A DNA stretch of 24,000 nt from Gammaproteobacteria bacterium BRH_c0 (lineage in GTDB: Bacteria; Pseudomonadota; Gammaproteobacteria; Pseudomonadales; Porticoccaceae): NCBI GenBank assembly GCA_000961645.1, contig LADM01000128.1, positions 9,945 to 33,944 on the forward strand. Reading direction: 5' to 3'. Every line of letters starts with the position of its first letter. The stretch's first letter is position 1. Below the pieces are notes generated by a model that saw only the letters and a list, made by a program, of their open reading frames with translations, searched no databases and had not been told where the DNA came from. Both the position numbers and the translations under genes were made by a program. Below are positions 15,090 through 21,735 of this stretch, piece by piece.

Positions 15090-15213
15090 TCCGGGCGTAG
15101 CAAAAGCGGTGGGTTGCTCTGGCTGAAGAAGTCATACATTGTTGACACATTTGACAGGTGTTAAATCAAGAAAGAAGGCTGGCAGTCTCCTACCTTGAGA
15201 AAAGAATATAAAT

Positions 15214-15298
15214 CGTAGGTTGGGCTGACGGAGGATGCCCAACACTACTTCAGAAGCGGAGAGAAAATGTTGGGCTTCCTCCGTCAGCCCAACCTACG
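15214..15298. repeat. 31-bp inverted repeat (1 mismatch) with 23-nt loop; possible bidirectional terminator or repetitive extragenic element
   Basis: The left arm cgtaggttgggctgacggaggatgcccaaca (15214..15244) is the reverse complement of the right arm tgttgggcttcctccgtcagcccaacctacg (15268..15298) except at one position. It lies between two convergent genes, ending at 15089 (+) and 15372 (-). A T-rich tract follows the hairpin on the minus strand. Confidence 0.8.
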
Positions 15299-15371
15299 TG
15301 CTAAATTTGCCAAACGAGACGGACGGCACATTGCCAATCCACACGACACATGCGCGTGGTTGCTGCTTCTG

Positions 15372-17582
15372 CTAACGCCGAGACTGCTCGATTGCCAATT
15401 GAAGATCAGCAACTCGGTCAGCGAATTCACCATCTTGCATGCTTGCCAAGCGCGCGGTCACATGGTCCCAATCGAGAAACCGAGTAACGGTCTCTTTGGC
15501 GAGAGGGTAATAGACTTTGTCACTTATCAACCAGCTCCTAAGCTGGTTCAGGATAGCAAGAAAGCCCTCGTTGGATTCGCTATATTCTCTAACCCACTCC
15601 ACAGCTTGATTGTCTTCAGTTAAGTCTAACCAACCATATAGATAGGCTGAAATATTCGGCAGATTTGGGATCAGCTCTTTTGTATCTTGTCGGCTTAGGC
15701 GCTCTTTCAAGATATCAATAGCTTCATCCAGAACCTCATCCGAAATTTCCCATTGCTCTGAACTCTCTGCTTCGTCTCCAATTCTTCCATGGCGAGAAAG
15801 TTGACTTCTGAAGAACACTCCAACCAACCAATTGATGGCCTTTCCCTCGCGTGCTATCTGTCGGAAAACCGCTGCCTGCCTCTCGGGATTCAATTCCCCT
15901 AATCGCTCAAGGCAGCTTTTCGCAACATCGTTGGCAATCCTGTCAGGCGAGAAAATGAATGCATTAAGCCCGTGATTCTTTTTCATCGCAAAATCCATCA
16001 TTCCGGCTAGCGCTAGGACTATTCCAGCCAGCTGATCTTCATCAAGATCTGATATGTACTTATCGTCTAGCCTATCAAGCACATGCTCAAACCATGTTCT
16101 ACCTGAATTGCGACGCTTCATCGCTTCTTCGGTAAGGCGAGTCGTTAATTGCGCGACATCTTCGCGAGCCATTTCCAATAGAGTATTGAACTCTTGATCT
16201 GGCATGACGGTCTTTGGTCCTGTAAGCGCAAAATAAAATCGATAGTGTAATGGGCTGCCAAGCCGTTTAAGACCGATTGTTTCAGAAACTGCCGACGGAC
16301 TAATCGGGTTAAAAACACGCGCAACGGCTTCTTCTTCAACAGCTACGCCGGGAATGAAACGTTGCAAACACCAAATTGAACCAGTTGACTCCCGGTCTTC
16401 TGAAGGTAAGAGCATCTTTAGCTCTTCACCCATTTTTGCTTTTTCATCTTTTGAAACGGTCGCGTCTCTCGTAATCAATACGGAACGAACCGATAGGTAA
16501 ACCTCAAGCCACTTATATAGTTTATAGTGTGTAGTTTTGATCAGTTGCAGACGGCAAAAATCCGGGAAGTACACATCGTCTTTAACCTGTGGGAACACAA
16601 AACGAATACTGTTCAAAGAAAGTTTGACTTCACGCGGCGTGGATAATCCCTCGCCTTCCCGGTCGACGGCCGACATTAAATCTTCCAATAATGCACCCTC
16701 TAAATTTTTGCCCATTACTTCGCGATAGATGGCTTTCGCCTCTTCTAAGAACTGAGTTCGAAGATCGAATGGCTCTGGAAGTGGAATATTGAAGGTGAGT
16801 TGCACAATTTTCTGAAGAAAAAGATCTCCATCCGCAACTTTAAGGCCTGTCGTCAGCGCATGGGCTAAGACCTCTCTGTCATAACACATCAGGTAAGCGA
16901 CTCTTGGAAAGTCAGCGACCGAACGAACCAACCGAATGACCTCGACCGCTTGTTCAGGTTCGAGGCGGTCAAGATCGTCGAGTATGATAACAAAGCCAAT
17001 ATCTAATTCTTGAAACTTGTGCGCTAATTCTTGCTTAATCTCAGATGGGGTTGGCTCCAAAGGTAACACTTGATCTGCCGCATTTGCCCCTGCTTCCAGA
17101 ACACCACCCAAAGCCTGTGCGCCAGGAATAACGTACCCAGCAACGTTTGCAACCGAAGCGATCCTGCGGGCCGTCTTTGGTCCATAGGCACGGAGTAGTC
17201 GGCCGACATTGGCCATCCTTTCTTTCATTAGGTTCGCTTGCTCTCCACTAGCTAACGCGATTTGTTCTTCTCTCTTCTTCAATATTGCCGTCATTGGCTC
17301 CAGCAAGGACGAGACCAAAGACGAAGTATCCCCATTCAGCCATGGCGCGATTGTAATGGTATGAATTCCATCATCCTGTGCGACCTCTAGTTCGGCTCGA
17401 AGGAAGTTCAAGAGTGATGTCTTGCCTGAGCCCCACCGACCCTCAAGTCCAATGACCATGCCATCACCTTTCGATGCATCAATGATTGATGGCGCGAGTC
17501 GTTTGGCTATGCCTGCGAACCCGAACTGATCCTTTGCCTCGTCTTCGAGTGCGCGGTCTGAATCCAGAGCTGTCGTCATCAC
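15372..17582 (-). CDS. KAP-family P-loop NTPase
   Basis: 736 aa. Walker A is GLEGRWGSGKTSLLNF. Walker B and its context read GFVIILDDLDRLEPEQAVEVIRLVRSVADFPRVAYLMCYDREVL, characteristic of KAP NTPases. A long helical C-terminal region follows. GGAGAAG precedes the ATG. Spot GC counts are about 37-50%, versus 60-65% in neighbouring genes. Confidence 0.9.
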   Translation of the reverse strand: MMTTALDSDRALEDEAKDQFGFAGIAKRLAPSIIDASKGDGMVIGLEGRWGSGKTSLLNFLRAELEVAQDDGIHTITIAPWLNGDTSSLVSSLLEPMTAILKKREEQIALASGEQANLMKERMANVGRLLRAYGPKTARRIASVANVAGYVIPGAQALGGVLEAGANAADQVLPLEPTPSEIKQELAHKFQELDIGFVIILDDLDRLEPEQAVEVIRLVRSVADFPRVAYLMCYDREVLAHALTTGLKVADGDLFLQKIVQLTFNIPLPEPFDLRTQFLEEAKAIYREVMGKNLEGALLEDLMSAVDREGEGLSTPREVKLSLNSIRFVFPQVKDDVYFPDFCRLQLIKTTHYKLYKWLEVYLSVRSVLITRDATVSKDEKAKMGEELKMLLPSEDRESTGSIWCLQRFIPGVAVEEEAVARVFNPISPSAVSETIGLKRLGSPLHYRFYFALTGPKTVMPDQEFNTLLEMAREDVAQLTTRLTEEAMKRRNSGRTWFEHVLDRLDDKYISDLDEDQLAGIVLALAGMMDFAMKKNHGLNAFIFSPDRIANDVAKSCLERLGELNPERQAAVFRQIAREGKAINWLVGVFFRSQLSRHGRIGDEAESSEQWEISDEVLDEAIDILKERLSRQDTKELIPNLPNISAYLYGWLDLTEDNQAVEWVREYSESNEGFLAILNQLRSWLISDKVYYPLAKETVTRFLDWDHVTARLASMQDGEFADRVADLQLAIEQSRR

Positions 17583-17820
17583 TTCTCCATTTTAAATTTC
17601 TTGTATCCTAGAGTACTTGCAGATGACTCACCCCAAGTTATGGAGTGTCTGCATGGTGCTTAGCAAAGTCTTTCAGTCCGGAAGCTGCGGTAGCTATCTT
17701 CCTCGCGATTCACGAAACACAAAAGGTCTGCTGTGGGTCGAATAAAGACAATATTTCACCATGAGCCACTTCGATTAATGCTGCTTAAACCAAGTAGCTA
17801 TGAATGATCTGAATTGAATA

Positions 17821-17846
17821 GCGCCCCGAAATATCTCCAGGGCGCC
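17821..17846 (-). terminator. Weak candidate rho-independent terminator downstream of the beta-propeller gene
   Basis: gcgccc (17821..17826) pairs with gggcgc (17840..17845) around a 13-nt loop. It lies 14 nt after the stop at 17860 and is followed on the minus strand by tattcaattcagatcattc. Confidence 0.35.
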
Positions 17847-17859
17847 ACAATCGACATGC

Positions 17860-18933
17860 TTACTTTTCAGTGTCTGAACTGAGATCAACCCGCAACAGCT
17901 GATTACCCACAAATGAACCCGCATAAAGATAATCCCCCACCACAACACCCACGGTGCCAGCGCCCATGGGCGGGCCAACCTGTTCGTGCAGCACGGTCAG
18001 TTTCATAGTGTCTGGGTCGATGGACTGCACCTTGAAGGGTGCGAGGCAGGGGCCGGTGGTGAAGCAGGTTTCGGGCAGGGGGCCACTGATGCCGGTGACC
18101 AGCAGTTTGCCATCCGGTGCCCAAGAGAAGTTGTCGGGGAAGGCCTTGACCTTGCCCAGTTCCTCGCCGGTGGCGTAGTCAATTTTGGTGACAAAGCCTT
18201 CGCCGCCTTCGGCGATAAATACATGGCGACCATCCTTGCTTACCGCTACGCCGTTGGTGAGGTTGGTGTCGCTGCCGGGCAGTTTGTCGACACCCTTGCC
18301 GGGCAGCCAGCGCCACAGGTTGCCGGTGTCGCCGGTGCGGGTCATGGCGGTCATCATGTCCTGGCCGTTGAGTTCAACCATATGCGATACCAGCAGGCCG
18401 CCGCCGGGGAGGGCAGCCACATCGTTGAGCTGGCTCTGTGGCGGCATCACCACGCAGCCGCGCCAGGCGAGGGCGGGTTTGCCCTGTTGCTCGACAATTT
18501 CAAACATTTCGACGGATTCGCGCGTGTGATTGACCGCGAGCAATTGCCAGGGGCCATCCTGACGCTGTGAAATATCGATGCCGTGGGCGGCGAATACATC
18601 GCCGGGGTTGGATTCGCAGCCGTTGTCGTCCCAGCGCTTTGGTGCGTTTTCCTTCACGTAGGCGATGGTTTCGGCCTTCAGGGTCTCTGTATCGAACAGG
18701 TAGAGGGGCAGGGGGTGCTCGCCTTCGAGGCCGCCAAAGGGGCTGAGCAGCAGGTGCTTGCCGTCGGGCATGACGTCGATGTCTTCCGGGGCGGGAAAGC
18801 CGCAGATGGCCTGGGCGTTGCCAACGGTTGCGCAATTGGGTTGCTCTACTGGTTTGGCGGCTTCGGCCATCAGGCCGACGCTGCTAAGGGTGAGGATGGC
18901 TGTCGCCAAAAGCTTGAGTTTATGGTTTTTCAT
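17860..18933 (-). CDS. Secreted six-bladed beta-propeller protein (SMP-30/gluconolactonase/LRE or arylesterase-like)
   Basis: The start is moved to the ATG at 18933, where MKNHKLKLLATAILTLSSVGLMAEA is a Sec signal peptide. Propeller-type motifs include PEDIDVMPDGKHLLLS, TNLTNGVAVSKDGRHVFIAE, PDNFSWAPDGKLLVTG and DYLYAGSFVGNQLLRVDL. The subfamily is uncertain. Confidence 0.8.
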   Translation of the reverse strand: MKNHKLKLLATAILTLSSVGLMAEAAKPVEQPNCATVGNAQAICGFPAPEDIDVMPDGKHLLLSPFGGLEGEHPLPLYLFDTETLKAETIAYVKENAPKRWDDNGCESNPGDVFAAHGIDISQRQDGPWQLLAVNHTRESVEMFEIVEQQGKPALAWRGCVVMPPQSQLNDVAALPGGGLLVSHMVELNGQDMMTAMTRTGDTGNLWRWLPGKGVDKLPGSDTNLTNGVAVSKDGRHVFIAEGGEGFVTKIDYATGEELGKVKAFPDNFSWAPDGKLLVTGISGPLPETCFTTGPCLAPFKVQSIDPDTMKLTVLHEQVGPPMGAGTVGVVVGDYLYAGSFVGNQLLRVDLSSDTEK

Positions 18934-19209
18934 TGTTATTCCCTGTGGTTTTTGAAGTTGTGATGCCAGCAATAAACCCATGTTCTCTGGATGGGCGCAT
19001 TATTGGGCAGGCGTTGCCCTGCTGGTGGTCAAAAAGGGTGCGGGCGGGGGATTGCCTTGACCCCGGCTCTTAAATGGGTTCAGCTGGTGGTATTAACCCT
19101 GCTCAGGCCGTCTATAGTAAACGGGTATCCCTGTGAATTTAAAGGGCAGCGGGTGTCGGCTGTAAAAAGCATGGGCTTGCCCGCTAATCAGGCACAGAAC
19201 TTGCTGAAC

Positions 19210-19239
19210 TGGAATGTAGAGGATTGGAATGTAAGGGAA
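19210..19239. repeat. 15-bp tandem repeat x2, plus a partial third unit, upstream of the ATP-grasp operon
   Basis: The units are tggaatgtagaggat (19210..19224) and tggaatgtaagggaa (19225..19239), followed by tgggag... The repeat lies 70-100 bp upstream of the ATG at 19310. Confidence 0.75.
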
Positions 19240-19309
19240 TGGGAGCCGCCGGTTGCTACTGCGGGCCGCGCGACTGGCAATAACCAGAAACACTACTGAC
19301 AGGTTGATA

Positions 19310-20764
19310 ATGGCTATCGATTGGAAGGCCTATAACCCCGAGGGGTTGTATGACGAGATCATCAGTTCACCCGGTAACCCACGCGTACCCGCTAAAAGCC
19401 TGGTTTCTTATCTGAGATCCCTCAGCGATGAGCAGCTGCAGGCGCGGCGCGCCAGTGCCGATGCCGTGATCAAGCAGATGGGCATTACCTTCACGGTTTA
19501 TTCCGAAGAGGGCAATATCGATCGATCCTGGCCCTTTGACATTATTCCCCGCGTTATCGCCCTCAAGCAGTGGCAAAAAACGGCCGCCGGGCTGGAGCAG
19601 CGCCTGCGCGCTTTGAATCTGTTTATTGACGATCTCTATCACGATCAGAAAATCGTCAAGGACAAGGTATTCCCCGAGTACATATTGCAGGAGTCGAAAA
19701 ACTTCCGCCCCGAGTGTGTGGGCATATCGCCTCCTTTTGGGGTGTGGGCGCATATTTGCGGCACCGATCTGGTGCGCGACAAGGATGGCCGGTTTTATGT
19801 GCTGGAGGATAACCTGCGGGTGCCTTCCGGCGTTTCCTACATGCTCGAAAACCGTGCAATTACCAAAAGGGTGCTGCCGGATCTGTTTGATACCGAAAAA
19901 ATCCTGCCGGTAAATGACTACACCTCGAACCTGCTCGAAGCCCTGACGTCGCTGTCGCCACGCAAGATCAGTCGCCCTTCCATCGTGGTGCTGACACCGG
20001 GCATCTACAACTCCGCCTATTTTGAACATGCCTTCCTCGCCCAGCAGATGGGCGCCGAGCTGGTGGAGGGCAGCGATCTGATGGTGGCGGATGACGAGTG
20101 TGTGTACATGAAAACCGTCGATGGCCTGGAGCGGGTGGATGTCATCTACCGTCGCATCGATGACCTGTTTATCGACCCCGAGGTGTTCAACGCGGAGTCG
20201 GTGCTGGGTGTGCCGGGACTGATGCGGGCCTGGAAAAAGGGCAATGTGGCCCTCGCCAATGCGCCGGGCGCCGGCGTGGCGGACGACAAGGTGGTGTATG
20301 CCTTTGTGCCGCAAATCATCAAGTACTACCTGGATGAAGACCCGCTTATTCCCAATGTCGAAACCTATCTGTGCGTCAACGACAAGGAGCGGGAATACGT
20401 GCTGGCCAACCTCGACAAACTGGTGGTCAAGCCCGCCAATGAATCGGGCGGGGCGGGCATGTTGATTGGGCCGCATTCCACCAAAAAAGAGCGCACCCTG
20501 TTTGCCGAGCTGATTCGCAAGAATCCCCGCAATTATATCGGTCAGCCTACCCTGAGCCTCTCCACGGTTCCCACGTTGGTGGACGGCAACGACCTTGAGC
20601 CGCGCCATGTGGATTTGCGTCCCTTTATTATCCAGGCGGAAAAAACCTCGGTCACCACTGGCGGGCTGACCCGCGTGGCGATGAAGCGCGGCTCCCTGGT
20701 GGTGAATTCTTCCCAGGGCGGTGGTAGCAAGGACACCTGGATTGTCGATACGGGGGCTAAATAA
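19310..20764 (+). CDS. Circularly permuted type-2 ATP-grasp protein (COG2308-like)
   Basis: The start is moved to the ATG at 19310 (MAIDWKAYNPEGLYDEI...). Family-typical segments include ITFTVYSEEGNIDRSWPFDIIPRVI, LFIDDLYHDQKI, GTDLVRDKDGRFYVLEDNLRVPSGVSYMLENR, VVKPANESGGAGMLIGP and LVVNSSQGGGSKDTWIV. Confidence 0.9.
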   Translation: MAIDWKAYNPEGLYDEIISSPGNPRVPAKSLVSYLRSLSDEQLQARRASADAVIKQMGITFTVYSEEGNIDRSWPFDIIPRVIALKQWQKTAAGLEQRLRALNLFIDDLYHDQKIVKDKVFPEYILQESKNFRPECVGISPPFGVWAHICGTDLVRDKDGRFYVLEDNLRVPSGVSYMLENRAITKRVLPDLFDTEKILPVNDYTSNLLEALTSLSPRKISRPSIVVLTPGIYNSAYFEHAFLAQQMGAELVEGSDLMVADDECVYMKTVDGLERVDVIYRRIDDLFIDPEVFNAESVLGVPGLMRAWKKGNVALANAPGAGVADDKVVYAFVPQIIKYYLDEDPLIPNVETYLCVNDKEREYVLANLDKLVVKPANESGGAGMLIGPHSTKKERTLFAELIRKNPRNYIGQPTLSLSTVPTLVDGNDLEPRHVDLRPFIIQAEKTSVTTGGLTRVAMKRGSLVVNSSQGGGSKDTWIVDTGAK

Positions 20765-21699
20765 TGCTGTCGCGAGTTGCAGAACGCATTTACTGGATGA
20801 GCCGCTATCTGGAGCGGGTGGAAAATACTGCCCGGCTGATGGGGGTTTATACCAATCTGCTGATGGATATGCCTGCCGGAGTCAATATCGGCTGGTACAA
20901 CCTGGTCAGTCTCAATGACGCGGAGGAGTGGTTTGATGCTCACTATCGCGTGCGGGACGAGCGCAATGTCATGAAGTTTTTACTGGCTGACCGCGATTAT
21001 CCCGGCTCCATTGTCAACTCCCTGCAGGGCGTGCGCGAGAATATCCGCACCAGCCGCGATGTGGTGCCAGCGGAATCCTGGGAATACATCAACGAGCTTG
21101 CGCTGTACGTGCAGGATAACCAGAGCGCCGGAATCAATCGCGGGCAGCGCCACGAATTTATTGCCCAGGTGATTAAATCTTGCCAGCAACTGCAGGGGCT
21201 TTTTGTGAGCTCGATGATTGACGGGCAGGCGAAGAATTTTTTGCGCCTGGGGCGCAATATCGAGCGCGCTGATATGACCACCCGTATCCTCGATGCGGGT
21301 ATAGGCGTTGTGCTTGAAAATAACGGTAATGTATTGCCGACCACGGAATCCATTATCTGGGCCAATGTGCTGTATTCCCTCAGTGCTTATCTGCCCTATA
21401 CCAAGCGCCAGCGCAAATCCGTGAAGGGGGCGAGGGTGGCCAGGTACCTGCTCGAAGATGCCACCTTGCCGCGCACCATCCGCTTCTGCGGTGAAAGCAT
21501 GGCCACTGTCTGCAAGACGCTGCCGCGCAACAAAAAGGTGCTGAAAAAAATTGACCAGATTCGCAAAAGTCACTACCCGCCACTGGATGATGACAATGCG
21601 GTACTGGACGTTGGATTTAGCGACTACCTCAATGAGCTGCAATTGTTGATCGGCAGCGCCCACGAACTGTTTGCCGAAACCTGGTTTACCCTCGACTAG
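20764..21699 (+). CDS. Alpha-E domain protein (COG2307-like)
   Basis: The N-terminus MLSRVAERIYWMSRYLERVENTARL is the hallmark of alpha-E proteins. A second hallmark, FLRLGRNIERADMTTRILD, is also present. The gene overlaps the ATP-grasp stop by 1 nt (TAATG). Confidence 0.9.
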   Translation: MLSRVAERIYWMSRYLERVENTARLMGVYTNLLMDMPAGVNIGWYNLVSLNDAEEWFDAHYRVRDERNVMKFLLADRDYPGSIVNSLQGVRENIRTSRDVVPAESWEYINELALYVQDNQSAGINRGQRHEFIAQVIKSCQQLQGLFVSSMIDGQAKNFLRLGRNIERADMTTRILDAGIGVVLENNGNVLPTTESIIWANVLYSLSAYLPYTKRQRKSVKGARVARYLLEDATLPRTIRFCGESMATVCKTLPRNKKVLKKIDQIRKSHYPPLDDDNAVLDVGFSDYLNELQLLIGSAHELFAETWFTLD

Positions 21700-21735
21700 T
21701 GCTCTACATCTAGTCCAAACAGAAGAGCTGATTCC

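Noticed and set aside
15267-15623. 118-aa plus-strand ORF
   Set aside because: It starts inside the right arm of the 31-bp inverted repeat and runs antisense into the KAP NTPase 3-prime end. It is a shadow ORF.
17986-18570. 194-aa plus-strand ORF, and others opposite the beta-propeller gene
   Set aside because: It is antisense to a gene with a clear signal peptide and propeller repeats. The composition is Gly/Ala-rich shadow sequence.
3285-19239. CRISPR array interpretation of the short tandem repeats
   Set aside because: The units are 15-18 bp and head-to-tail with no spacers, there are at most three copies, and no cas genes are present.
19367-20608. 413-aa minus-strand ORF
   Set aside because: It is antisense to the circularly permuted ATP-grasp gene. 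This is a typical high-GC shadow ORF (RGHQ-rich) with no recognisable domain.
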